This document shows, one piece after another, positions 10,601 to 19,946 of a stretch of DNA of 64,000 bases. The notes beneath the pieces were generated by a model. The model was not told where the DNA came from, did not search any database, and saw only the letters and a list, made by a program, of their open reading frames with translations. Made by a program: the position numbers and the translations under genes. How positions within the stretch are numbered: the first letter of the stretch is position 1; every line of letters starts with the position of its first letter. Source of the DNA: an uncultured Poribacteria bacterium (GTDB lineage: Bacteria > Poribacteria > WGA-4E > WGA-3G). The stretch spans positions 4,064,001 through 4,128,000 of the forward strand of contig CATQHZ020000001.1 of the NCBI GenBank assembly GCA_958296135.2, read 5' to 3'.

Positions 10601-10666
10601 CTCGCCGCGTGGACTTCCGTGGCGCGCGTCATCTTGAACTTACATGAGACAATTACGCGGTATTAG
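7616..10666 (+). CDS. PSD1 / planctomycete cytochrome c domain protein (DUF1549/DUF1553)
   Basis: Signal peptide, CYACHGPD, WLDLVRYADT, CAQCHDHKFDP, NTPMQALTLLN. Confidence 0.93.
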   Translation: MKTRHLRLTSLMAFALLLTLAMQVTAAERLHFDRDIRPILSDKCYACHGPDPAQRQAELRLDTKEGAFSAPSGYPIIVPGEPENSELVARITHADVEQRMPPQASNRQPTQKQIDTLIRWIAEGAEWEEHWVYNLSERVEPPTVQNSDRGRNPIDRFILGRLDAEGLKPADAADKRTLIRRLNFDLTGLLPKPAEVEQFLRDERPSAYEELVNRLLSKPQYGERMAIYWLDLVRYADTSGYHSDESVSVWPYRDYVIRAFNDNMPFDQFTLENLAGDLLPNATREQKVASGYNRLNQTTAEGGAQAKEYLAIYAADRVRTTASVWLGATLGCAQCHDHKFDPYTAKDFYSFAAFFADIEGPGVYGGGSKWAPVVMLPTAEQQTALQEIDDELTKLREVFNASSPALEAEQARWEAEILSLLPSTEPADFAWVDDAQHNGGRTDGVWEFVGKNEAPVFSKLRSRRQTAKPEQTIQHSFRGANRKFTLDEEDRLFAYVWLDPGAPPETLMLQWNDGNWEHRAFWGEDKIKFGGLGKDTPAHKPMGPLPETGEWVRLEVTPADVGLEPGSVLNGMAFVQHGGTAYWDVAGIATTRGSEVKHTHTEPVIKAIQVDTFVRTTSQKKQIAAEYRRIAPALDGIRNQIAALAQQKTDIEAEMPYSLTTASGQPRTTRVLPRGNWMDDSGAIVEPAIPEFLGDLGIKNRRSTRLELAQWVVSKDNPLTARAFVNRLWALFFGTGLSRVLDDLGAQGEPPVHPELLDWLALEFMDSGWNVKHIVKLIVTSNTYRQSSKPTEVLRERDAYNRLLARQSRWRLDAEVVRDTALQLSGLLIPDIGGPSVRPYQPKGYYANLNFPKRTYVHDTGERQYRRGLYTHWQRTFLHPSLMAFDAPSRQECTAERATSNTPMQALTLLNDPTYVEAARVFASRILNEGGETPTERINWAYQWALSRPPQPKELEIMTAVYEKHRGEFTADSDAAEALVATGDAPAIDGVEINELAAWTSVARVILNLHETITRY

Positions 10667-10739
10667 GATGAAACTGGTGGAAAAAGCCTCATCCCGATAA
10701 AGGACCGCTCAGATCTTAATCGCTATAGGAGGATAAGGA

Positions 10740-12173
10740 ATGGCTACGGATATTCACGAAGAAACCAACCTTCGCCTCACAAGGCGCACGTTTTTAGGGA
10801 AAACGGCGCGGAGCGTCGGTTCACTCGCACTCGGCTCCCTGCTGATGCCATCGCTACTCAACGCAGCACCGAAGATTGAACGATGGCCCGGCATCATCAC
10901 GGAACCGCATGTGCCGCCGAAGGCAAAGCGGGTTATCCACCTCTGCATGGCAGGCGGCCCCTCGCATCTGGAAACGTTGGACTACAAACCCAAACTCGCG
11001 GAGATGCACGGCAAGCCGATGCCGGAATCGTTCACTAAAGGGCAGCCGATCGCGCAGCTCCAGAATCAGGAGCTCAAATGCCTCGGGCCGACACACGCAT
11101 TCCAAAGGTATGGGAAATCGGGACAGCAGATCAGCGCGGCGTTTCCGCACATCGGAAGCCTTGCCGATGACATCTGCATTGTCCGCTCCCTGCAAACCGA
11201 GCAGATCAATCACGATCCGGCGCATACCTTTATGAATACCGGCACGGTGATTTCCGGACGGCCCAGCATGGGCTCGTGGCTGCTCTACGGACTCGGCAGT
11301 GAAAATGATAACCTGCCGGGTTACGTCGTCCTTATCTCCTCGGGTGGTGGGCAGGACCAGCCGATTGCGACGCGGCAGTGGCACAGCGGGTTTTTGCCGG
11401 GGCAGTTCCAAGGCGTACAGTTCCATGCCACCGGCGACCCGGTCCACTACGTCACAAACCCTAGCGGCGTGAACACGGAACAGCAGCGCGACGTTGTCGA
11501 TGCCGTGCAGACGTTGAACAGCATGCTTGACGAAACAGTCGATGACCCGGCCATTGCAACGCGTATCAGCCAATATGAGATGGCGTTCCGAATGCAGACA
11601 AGTGTGCCGGAGCTCACCGACATTTCCAAAGAACCGCAGCATGTCTTGGACATGTATGGCGCGGTGCCAGGCGACGGGTCCTACGCTTCAAACTGCCTGC
11701 TTGCACGGCGGCTGGCGGAACGCGACGTGCGGTTTATTCAACTCTACCACCGCGGCTGGGACCATCACGGCGGCATCCAAGACGCGATTAAAACGACAGC
11801 CGGCTATGTAGATAAGGCCACGGCAGCTCTCGTCACAGATTTGAAACAGCGCGGCATGTTGGACGAAACCTTAGTGATATGGGGCGGCGAATTCGGGCGG
11901 ACCCCGATGGCACAAGGCACCGGGCGCGACCATCACATTCGTGGGTTCTCAATGTGGATGGCAGGCGGCGGCACCAAAGGCGGCATCAGTTACGGTAATA
12001 CCGATGACTTGGGGTATTACGCCGTCGAGAACATCGTGCATGTCCACGACTTCCACGCAACGCTGCTGCATCTCCTCGGGATCGACCACGAGAAACTCAC
12101 CTACCGCTTCCAGGGCCGGGACTTCCGTTTGACAGATGTGCATGGGCACGTCGTGCGGGACATTTTGGCGTAG
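10740..12173 (+). CDS. DUF1501 domain protein (Tat-like leader)
   Basis: TRRTFL leader, GGPSHLET, GWDHH, EFGRTP, GRDHH; usual partner of PSD1. Confidence 0.93.
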   Translation: MATDIHEETNLRLTRRTFLGKTARSVGSLALGSLLMPSLLNAAPKIERWPGIITEPHVPPKAKRVIHLCMAGGPSHLETLDYKPKLAEMHGKPMPESFTKGQPIAQLQNQELKCLGPTHAFQRYGKSGQQISAAFPHIGSLADDICIVRSLQTEQINHDPAHTFMNTGTVISGRPSMGSWLLYGLGSENDNLPGYVVLISSGGGQDQPIATRQWHSGFLPGQFQGVQFHATGDPVHYVTNPSGVNTEQQRDVVDAVQTLNSMLDETVDDPAIATRISQYEMAFRMQTSVPELTDISKEPQHVLDMYGAVPGDGSYASNCLLARRLAERDVRFIQLYHRGWDHHGGIQDAIKTTAGYVDKATAALVTDLKQRGMLDETLVIWGGEFGRTPMAQGTGRDHHIRGFSMWMAGGGTKGGISYGNTDDLGYYAVENIVHVHDFHATLLHLLGIDHEKLTYRFQGRDFRLTDVHGHVVRDILA

Positions 12174-12265
12174 CATGCCACGCAGCTGCTTTGCAGGGCG
12201 AGCTCGCCTGAGCTCGCCCTACAAATGCGATACAATTCAGATGAACGGAAGGCAAAGGAGAAATC

Positions 12266-15199
12266 ATGAGACACCAACCTGAAAACATTATCACGGCAGA
12301 ATTAGTCGGCCTCCTTAACAAAATGAGCGCAAACTGGACGCTGGAGCAACATCAGCGTCCCTTTCGGGATAGCCAGAAAAACCCCGACGTGTTGATGACG
12401 AAGGCGGGACATGAACCCGTCGTGATTGAAGCAAAATACGCTGACACACCCAACGAAAAACGTCTGTTAGAACAAGCCACAAAACACATCGGGCGCGAAC
12501 TGAAGCAGGAGTATAACCTATTAACCAATGTCCTGCACAGCGTCATGGCAATTCGCTACCCAGTCTGGCTCAGAGATGTAGCCGGCAGGGATGTTGCACA
12601 GCAACTTCGCAATACCGATGAACTCCTGTATCTGCTCATCGGGCAGAGTGGCGGCGAGCGTTACCAATTCCCCCGCACCGGATGGGCGAAAGGCACCGTC
12701 GCCGACATTGCCAACGCACTGCATGTCGGCGCTATACCGAGAGAACGCATTGATAAAGCCGCCGAGCAAATGGAACACGACATTGGAGTCGCCGCGGGAT
12801 GGCTTGAAGCCGCGATTAAAGAACGTCCCATCATCGGCAAGCGAATCGAGGATATCCTGCACCAAGAAGCTGGCGAGCAGACTTACCGAATGGCAATGCT
12901 CATTGTCACCGACGCGTTCCTGTTTCAGTCCTCACTCGCCGGAAAGCAGGGAATGGAGAAAGTCCAATCCCTGAAAAACCACCTGCAGCACCCAGAATTC
13001 TCCGCTGTCGTTCAGGACTGGGACGCGATTCTGAGCGTGAACTACATCCCTATCTTTGAAGATGCAAAGCGGATTATAGCAGTCGTCGCCACAGATGACC
13101 GGCTGATTGATAGACTCCTAGCCCGCCTCTGCGCAGCCGCAGCCAACCTTGTTGAGACGGGCCTCGCCCAAATACACGAACTGGCAGGCGAAGTCTTCCA
13201 AAAACTCATCGTGGACCGGAAATACATTAAGGCGAATTACACGCTGCCGACATCGGCAGCACTCCTCGCAACGCTAGTATGTCCAGAATTACCTGAAGGG
13301 AAACTGCCGAAAGTTGCAGACTTTGCTTGCGGCACCGGCTCGCTGCTAAATAGCGTTTACAAGCGCGTGCAACGGCTTTATGAACAAGACGGCGGTAACT
13401 GCGCGGACATCCACCAAGAAATGTTAGAGAATAAAATCGGCGGCAGTGATGTCATGCCGAACGCCACACATATCACCTTTGCGTCTCTCGCAAGCGCGCA
13501 ACCCGGCATCCCGCTCGGTGCAACCCGCATCATCACCGCACCCTACGGAAAACAAGACGGTGAACTGTACGCCCTCGGTTCGCTGGAACTGCTGGACAGC
13601 CAGGAATTGTTCGATCCGATGGAACTCAAAGCCGAACAGGTAAACGGCAATGGAAATATCCACGTCGTTATGAAGCGCGAGTTCCCCGACAGCGAAATGG
13701 ACATCGTCATCCAAAATCCACCGTTTATCCGGCCCGGGTCTGACGTGGGAAGAGGGATACCGAAGACAACGTTCCAGGGAACGCAGCGGCCTGAAGAAGA
13801 ACAGAAGGCAATGCAAGCAGCTTTGGGACAGAAACAGACACGTGTCGCGCATGGGCAAGCCGGATTTGTCTCCTACTTCATCGAGCTCGCCGATAAAAAA
13901 TTGGCGGAAGACGGTACCATGGGGTTCATCCTCCCTGTGACAGTGCTCAACTCGCCGGCATCGCAAAAATTGCGGGATATGCTGGCAACGGAATACGACG
14001 ACGTAGGAGTAATCACCATCGCCGCCGCGAAGGGGCGCGACTGCTCTTTTTCTGCAGATACAGATATGGCGGAGTGCATAATCGTCGCAAAAAAAGGAAA
14101 GGCAGAGACAACAGGACGCGGGAAATTCATCTGTCTGAACGAGCGGCCGCAGAGCGACTTGGAAGCAATTGCAATTGCGAATTACATGGCAAACACCGAG
14201 GCCCCGCGTGCCTTAGAAGACGCGCCAAGCGGCGGGAATATCCTCCGCCTCGGAGACGAACAGGCAGGACAGATGCTCCGATGCCCACTGCCGGTTGGGC
14301 AACCTTGGGTGGCAGTACGGATTAAATCGATGGCCCTGCTTCAATCCTTTAATCAACTCGCCAATGAGAAAACGTTGTGGGTGCCGACACATGTAGAAAC
14401 CGTGCAGATGCCGGTGTGCCGGGTTGATGAGATAGCCACCCCTGGCTACACCGATTTTAGGGGCGTGTTTGAGATGGTGAAGGGCAATAGCGGCGACGGG
14501 TATCCCTGCCTGTGGAACACAAACAGCGAGGCGCAACGGGCGATGGTTGTGCTCCCAGACTCACGCGGCATCCCGATACCCGGTGCGGAGAACAAAGTGA
14601 AACGGCGCGCGCGGCTCAACAGCAGAACGCATTACAATCTCATTTTGGGCATGGCATCTAGTTCGGTTGTGGCTCTCTTTACAGAGGAGACGGCTATCGG
14701 TGTAAAGCATATCCCAAACGTCTGGTTTGAAAACCCGCGACATGAGATTCCCTTTACGCTCTGGTGCAACTCAACGCTCGGTTTTTTATCTCACTGGGGA
14801 CATTGCAGCAAGCAACAATCGGCGCGCGGCAGGTTATCTGTTGAAGCGTTACGCAGCCTCCCAACGCTGGATGTGCGTGCCTTGAGCGATGCCCAACTCT
14901 CGGCAGCCGAGACAGTGTTCGCCGCCCTAAAGTATGAGCGGATGCTCCCGTTCAACGAGTGTTGGGATGACGATGTCCGAAAATCGCTGGACGAGCGGTT
15001 ACTCACCGAAGTGCTCGGCATCACCGACCCGGGTGTCCACGCGGCGATGCAGACGCTGCGGGATATGCTCAGCGCAGAACCGAGTGTCAATGGCGCAAAG
15101 AAATCTCGGTGCAACCTCCTGAAGGAATTGAAGCACCTGACAGTGCAGGGCATCGTGCTACCGGGGATGACATTGGCGGCGCAAACTGCTTTATGCTAA
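12266..15199 (+). CDS. Fused restriction endonuclease/N6-adenine methyltransferase (type IIG/IIL-like)
   Basis: N-terminal PD..(x)..IEAK nuclease motif, MTase motif I DFACGTGSLL, motif IV NPPF, C-terminal TRD-like region. Confidence 0.82.
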   Translation: MRHQPENIITAELVGLLNKMSANWTLEQHQRPFRDSQKNPDVLMTKAGHEPVVIEAKYADTPNEKRLLEQATKHIGRELKQEYNLLTNVLHSVMAIRYPVWLRDVAGRDVAQQLRNTDELLYLLIGQSGGERYQFPRTGWAKGTVADIANALHVGAIPRERIDKAAEQMEHDIGVAAGWLEAAIKERPIIGKRIEDILHQEAGEQTYRMAMLIVTDAFLFQSSLAGKQGMEKVQSLKNHLQHPEFSAVVQDWDAILSVNYIPIFEDAKRIIAVVATDDRLIDRLLARLCAAAANLVETGLAQIHELAGEVFQKLIVDRKYIKANYTLPTSAALLATLVCPELPEGKLPKVADFACGTGSLLNSVYKRVQRLYEQDGGNCADIHQEMLENKIGGSDVMPNATHITFASLASAQPGIPLGATRIITAPYGKQDGELYALGSLELLDSQELFDPMELKAEQVNGNGNIHVVMKREFPDSEMDIVIQNPPFIRPGSDVGRGIPKTTFQGTQRPEEEQKAMQAALGQKQTRVAHGQAGFVSYFIELADKKLAEDGTMGFILPVTVLNSPASQKLRDMLATEYDDVGVITIAAAKGRDCSFSADTDMAECIIVAKKGKAETTGRGKFICLNERPQSDLEAIAIANYMANTEAPRALEDAPSGGNILRLGDEQAGQMLRCPLPVGQPWVAVRIKSMALLQSFNQLANEKTLWVPTHVETVQMPVCRVDEIATPGYTDFRGVFEMVKGNSGDGYPCLWNTNSEAQRAMVVLPDSRGIPIPGAENKVKRRARLNSRTHYNLILGMASSSVVALFTEETAIGVKHIPNVWFENPRHEIPFTLWCNSTLGFLSHWGHCSKQQSARGRLSVEALRSLPTLDVRALSDAQLSAAETVFAALKYERMLPFNECWDDDVRKSLDERLLTEVLGITDPGVHAAMQTLRDMLSAEPSVNGAKKSRCNLLKELKHLTVQGIVLPGMTLAAQTALC

Positions 15200-15259
15200 A
15201 TTAAATCTGGGACATCGCGAAGGACAGGCTCGCGCCCTACGCGCCACGGACAGCCCCTT

Positions 15260-16345
15260 CTAAGCCCGAAAATCCGGCACCGCCACCGGCACCCCACCCT
15301 TCGCAATCGACTCCTCCGAAACCAACCCCGGCACCGTGAAATCCATCGCCGTGTAGACATCTAGCGGTGGCACGGTGTCGTTGAGGATACTGTCCACGAA
15401 ATCGCGCACTTTAAAATACTCGCCTAAATCGCCTGCATGCTCCGCTTCGGCAGGCGGGTTCTTCCACCGTTCTGGCAAGAAATCCGCCTCAAATGCCGAA
15501 AGTGCTCTCCACGTTTCACCGGCATCCATATCGGATAACCAAACCTTGGATGCCGCACCAAACCCGCGCGAACTCTCATAACACCCTTTCGTCCCCTGAA
15601 GACTGAAATAGGAATTCGCCGGACGGTTGGAGAGCATGTCAATCCGAATCTTAATCAAACCGCCGCTCCCCGTTTTGCAGAGCATCATCACCGTATCCTC
15701 CATCGCATGCTCCGAGTCCGTGTGAACGCCTGTCCCCAGACAACAGACACTGCTCACGCGCTCATCGAACCACTGCAACACCGGTCCGAGGCTGTGCGTC
15801 GCATAATTGCACCGATTAATGCCGACTTGCCAATAGTAACGCCACGTCGGATTCCCGGTCGCGTCGTGATGGAGCGATTTGACGTTGTGAACGTATTCCC
15901 CCTCGCCAAAGTAAACCTCGCCGAATAACCCTTGCGCCACCATATTGCGGATGAGCACATTAGAACGGGAATAGCAGGTATTTTCCGCCATCGTATATTT
16001 GGCGGATGCCTTCCGCACAGCGTTCACCAATTCATAGCACTCGTCTAACTTAACCGCCGCTGTCACCTCGCTAATGACGTGTTTCCCTGCCTCCAACGCC
16101 TCAATCGCCTGCGGCACGTGCAGGTTCTCTGGTGTCGCGAGGACAACCATATCTACCGCATTCAGCATCTCCGAATAATCCGTGAACCGCTGCCGAATAC
16201 CGAACCGTTCCGCAACGCTATGAAGGGCGGCTTCGTTGATGTCACACACCGCTGTGATGTTGGTTTCGGCTATCGCCGTGAAAGGTTGCACGTAAGAACT
16301 TCCCCGGTGCGCGCCGACAATTCCGACTTTCAGTTGATTCGCCAT
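15260..16345 (-). CDS. Gfo/Idh/MocA family oxidoreductase
   Basis: KVGIVG, GKHVISEV, GEGEYVH; GAGGAG RBS before ATG 16345. Confidence 0.9.
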   Translation of the reverse strand: MANQLKVGIVGAHRGSSYVQPFTAIAETNITAVCDINEAALHSVAERFGIRQRFTDYSEMLNAVDMVVLATPENLHVPQAIEALEAGKHVISEVTAAVKLDECYELVNAVRKASAKYTMAENTCYSRSNVLIRNMVAQGLFGEVYFGEGEYVHNVKSLHHDATGNPTWRYYWQVGINRCNYATHSLGPVLQWFDERVSSVCCLGTGVHTDSEHAMEDTVMMLCKTGSGGLIKIRIDMLSNRPANSYFSLQGTKGCYESSRGFGAASKVWLSDMDAGETWRALSAFEADFLPERWKNPPAEAEHAGDLGEYFKVRDFVDSILNDTVPPLDVYTAMDFTVPGLVSEESIAKGGVPVAVPDFRA

Positions 16346-16448
16346 ATCTATCTCCTCCCGTGAGTGAGGGGCAGTATAGCAACGTGTCCGGAATTTATCC
16401 ACTGATTTCCTGCTCTTCACGGAAAAATCATTTTTTTTCATTTTTTAT

Positions 16449-16476
16449 GGTACCTTTTGCCAGAAATCAACGTCTA
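16449..16476 (+). promoter_or_regulatory. ECF-type promoter-like motif upstream of the sigma factor gene
   Basis: GGTACC-N16-CGTCTA in an AT-rich intergenic region. Confidence 0.45.
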
Positions 16477-16611
16477 TGTGTTTAAAAGCAGGTATGTTAT
16501 CCATCGCATTTGGCAAGGGAACCTTCTTCCTCCCGGTGCCCCAGGCATAATGAGAGAAGTTCAGAAAAAGTTGGGTCATTTGTCAAAAGATGCCCCACAA
16601 AGGAGCAAATC

Positions 16612-17403
16612 ATGCACACGAGACTTGATAACCCATCGGCCGACGAACTTTTTGCGAACACTGAGCGTGCCATTGCGTCTACTCCGCTCCTCAGCACTGA
16701 GGAGGAGCAGGCGTGCGTGAGAGAGGGGACTGAGGAAGCACGCATACGGCTTATTGAATCTTACATGCCGCTCGTGAAATCGATCGCCTTTGGTTACAAC
16801 GGCTGCGGCGTTGATGTCAAAGACCTTTTCCAACAAGGCATGATGGGGCTCTGCAAAGCCGTAGATAAATATCAGCCGGGCCGCGGCAGACTCGGTGCCT
16901 TCGCCCGGCATTTTATCTCTGGCGAGATACGCTGTTATCTCAATAAGGAGCAAACGCTGCTCCACCTCCCGAGCCCACTGCGCCGCTCAGTGAATAAGTT
17001 TCGCCGCGTGTGCAGGCAACTGGGCGAAGGCACAACAGACGAGGCTATCGCAGCGGCGATGGGATGCGATGTTGAGCACGTGCCCTGTTTTCGCGACTGC
17101 GCGGAACATCGCTTTGAAAGCCTCGATGCACCTGTGGGCGACGGGGACGATGCGGAAACGCTAGGGGAGACAATTGGAGAACTTGACCCGGGCTTCGCTG
17201 AAGTTGACGCGAAACTGACCGTGGAACAGCTGCTGTCCAAACTCTCTCCGACAGCGCGCGATGTGATACGCCTGCGGTATGGATTTGAAGGCGAACCGAT
17301 GAGTCTCCGGGAGGTAGGCACGCATGTTAACCGCTCCCATGAATGGGCGGCGAAAGTAGAGCGCGCGGCGATAGCGAAACTCCGCGAACACGCACAACGA
17401 TAA
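16612..17403 (+). CDS. Sigma-70 family RNA polymerase sigma factor (divergent, group 3-like)
   Basis: Region 2 DLFQQGMMGLCKAVDKY, region 3 SLDAPVG, region 4 VIRLRYG..MSLREVG; AAGGAG RBS. Confidence 0.9.
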   Translation: MHTRLDNPSADELFANTERAIASTPLLSTEEEQACVREGTEEARIRLIESYMPLVKSIAFGYNGCGVDVKDLFQQGMMGLCKAVDKYQPGRGRLGAFARHFISGEIRCYLNKEQTLLHLPSPLRRSVNKFRRVCRQLGEGTTDEAIAAAMGCDVEHVPCFRDCAEHRFESLDAPVGDGDDAETLGETIGELDPGFAEVDAKLTVEQLLSKLSPTARDVIRLRYGFEGEPMSLREVGTHVNRSHEWAAKVERAAIAKLREHAQR

Positions 17404-17462
17404 AAAAAAGCGCGGATGTTGCGAAATGTTCATTTTTTCTGTCATTTTTCTCATTTTTCCTG

Positions 17463-17571
17463 CAGAAAAAGTTGACAGTTTGGAATTTTCAGCACATATT
17501 AAGGGTATGGAGCCTGACATTTTCATTTTCCGGTCGGCTTCTTCCGTTTTTCTACAGAAAAAGTTGACAGT
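17463..17571 (+). repeat. 17-bp direct repeat containing TTGACA (possible tandem promoters)
   Basis: CAGAAAAAGTTGACAGT at 17463 and 17555. Confidence 0.7.
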
Positions 17572-17748
17572 CGGTGGGACACTCTGTGGTACCCGAGTTT
17601 ATACGAGAACTACATACGTCTACCCGGCTGAACACTATATTTTGTTGTCGGATAACACGATTTTTCACGTAGATCACGGCGACACGTGGGTGAGTTTTCC
17701 ACGAGAGTTCCGGGTTAAGACCGCGACGAAAAGAACGCGCGCGGAATT

Positions 17749-18102
17749 TTGAACACCGAAAACATGGACGACGATGAAATCGCAGCAGCGACATATCATC
17801 AACTCCTTGAGCAGTTCGGCGATATGCCGGAGGTTCATACCTATCATGAATTGAGCCGGAAATTTGTATCCGGACTCACCCTAGAAGAGAATATCGCCTT
17901 CGTTGAAGCCGCGCAATTCTTGTTTCCTAATGAGACGAACCGGAAAACTCTTGTGTGGTTAAAGTGGCGCCAAGCCAAAGAGATAGACTTACCCGCAGGG
18001 GCCATAGCCGAACCCACAGAAGAAGATCTGGCGTATCTCTATAGTCACGGAATTCAAGTGATGCGCACGCCAACGAGTCTGACTATCTATACGGGGCCCT
18101 AA
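17749..18102 (+). pseudogene. N-terminally truncated/frameshifted paralog of 21825..22511
   Basis: Shares QL.E.FGD.PEVH.Y...EE.IAF.EA.QFLFPNE..RKT with 21825..22511 but lacks its N-terminal TM segment; upstream frame stops at 17752. Confidence 0.55.
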
Positions 18103-18344
18103 AGAAACCCCAGCGTTTACGCACATTCCCTACGCTGGCATTGGGCACCCACTTTGTAGTGAGACAGAGTCTGATGCCGGTATAGGGCGCGACGGCACGC
18201 GAGAACCGGCACTCGCCCTATAGGAACAGGAGAATTTCGCGCTTGCAAAATTCCCCTTTTTCCTATAGAATTAAAAGCACACGAGGGACAGCCCCTCGCA
18301 CTACGTTTTGCTACGGTTTAAGGAAAAACGCCGATTCCCAGAAA

Positions 18345-19937
18345 ATGTCCAACAAAACGCTTAATCACCTGCTCATGGCCCTCACCATCCTGTTCGACTT
18401 CTGTTTCGTTGCAACCGCCATTCTCGTCGCTTATTGGCTGCGGTTCATATCCGGATGGTTCGAGGCAATCGCTTTGCACAAAGGCGGCACGCCACCGCTA
18501 GCAGAGTATTTCCGCCTCATTCCTATCATGGCGGGGATATGGTTACTCACGTTGAAAGCGTTGAAACTCTATCAACCCGAGAGCAACGCCACCACCGACG
18601 CATTTTGGCAACTCTGCAAAGCCGCCCTCATCGCACTAATTGCAACCTTAGGCGCGCTCTTCTTTATCTACCACCACGATGCCTATTCGCGCTGGGTTAT
18701 GCTCATCGCAACCGGATTGAGTCTGATGTGGCTGTTCCTCGGCCGCCTTGTGCTAACCCGCTTCCGACAAACTATCTATGCGCAAGGAGTCGGCGTGAAC
18801 CGCATCGCCATCGTCGGTTACGATGAACGCGTCCAAAAATTTATCAACGCCCTCTGGGCCAAAGCCGACAGCGGTTATCAGTTGATAGGCATCATCGACA
18901 CAGTAGGAGAGCCCCCCCAGTCTCCCGACCCCGTAGGAGAGACCTCAGAGCTCAACACTCCCGCCCCCGTAGGAGAGACCTCCCGGTCTCGATTTCCCAT
19001 AGGAGAACCCTCAGGTCTCGATTATCCCCCGGTAGGAGAGCCCCCCCAGTCTCCCGACCCCGTAGGAGAAACCTCCCGGTCTCGATTTCCCATAGGAGAG
19101 CCTCTCCAGCCTCAACTTGAACACCTTGGACACAACGCGGAGGCACATCACATCGTTCAAAAGCACCGACTTGACATCCTCTTCATCGCATCGCCGACGG
19201 TGCAAAATGAGACTATCCTCCAAATTCTTCGCGACTGCGAAGGCGTGCCGGTGCAGATTAACATGTTCCCAGAACTCTCCGAATTTATCACGGGCGGCAC
19301 CGGAGTCAGTTACGTTGAGGGGACACCCGTTATTCAGTTACGGGATACGCCCATGCAGGGTATGCGAGGCATCGTCAAGCGCGCGATAGACATCATCTTC
19401 AGCGCGGCGGCGTTAATCGTGTTGAGCCCCCTCATGTTAGCAATTGCAATGGCCATCCGCCTTACCTCCCCCGGCAAAGCGATTTTTCGGCAGGAACGCA
19501 CCGGCAGAGCCGGCAAGCGGTTCCAGATTTACAAATTCCGTTCCATGCGCGCAGACGCAGAGGAAAACGTCGGGCATATCTGGGCAAAACCGGACGACGC
19601 GCGACAGACATCCCTCGGCAAGTTCCTACGACGCTGGAGCCTAGATGAACTCCCCCAGTTTTTCAACGTCCTCAAAGGCGACATGAGTCTCGTCGGACCG
19701 CGGCCAGAGATGTCTGGGCTCATCCCAACGTTTCGCGACTCCATCCCGCACTACCTCGCACGGCAGCGCGTGAAGGCTGGCATGACAGGATGGGCACAAG
19801 TCAACGGACTGCGCGGCAACACCTCGCTAGAAGAACGCATCTGCTACGATAGAGACTACATTGAAAACTGGTCCCTCGGCTTGGACATGAAAATTATTTT
19901 CAAGACGCTGTGGGCAATCAAAAAAGGCCCGCGGTAA
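18345..19937 (+). CDS. Undecaprenyl-phosphate glucose phosphotransferase (WcaJ/CpsE family) with in-frame repeat insertion
   Basis: N-terminal TM helices, KRAIDI, YKFRSM, LDELPQFFNVLKGDMSLVGPRP, GMTGWAQVNG. Confidence 0.93.
   Translation: MSNKTLNHLLMALTILFDFCFVATAILVAYWLRFISGWFEAIALHKGGTPPLAEYFRLIPIMAGIWLLTLKALKLYQPESNATTDAFWQLCKAALIALIATLGALFFIYHHDAYSRWVMLIATGLSLMWLFLGRLVLTRFRQTIYAQGVGVNRIAIVGYDERVQKFINALWAKADSGYQLIGIIDTVGEPPQSPDPVGETSELNTPAPVGETSRSRFPIGEPSGLDYPPVGEPPQSPDPVGETSRSRFPIGEPLQPQLEHLGHNAEAHHIVQKHRLDILFIASPTVQNETILQILRDCEGVPVQINMFPELSEFITGGTGVSYVEGTPVIQLRDTPMQGMRGIVKRAIDIIFSAAALIVLSPLMLAIAMAIRLTSPGKAIFRQERTGRAGKRFQIYKFRSMRADAEENVGHIWAKPDDARQTSLGKFLRRWSLDELPQFFNVLKGDMSLVGPRPEMSGLIPTFRDSIPHYLARQRVKAGMTGWAQVNGLRGNTSLEERICYDRDYIENWSLGLDMKIIFKTLWAIKKGPR
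18903..19113 (+). repeat. Seven tandem REP-like units inside the WcaJ-family CDS
   Basis: (G/A)TAGGAGA units start at 18903, 18933, 18969, 18999, 19032, 19062, 19092; all spacings are multiples of 3. Confidence 0.92.
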
Positions 19938-19946
19938 TTGCGGAAT

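Noticed and set aside
18903-19113. CRISPR array
   Set aside because: Units are degenerate, abut without unique spacers, lie in frame within a CDS, and no cas genes are present
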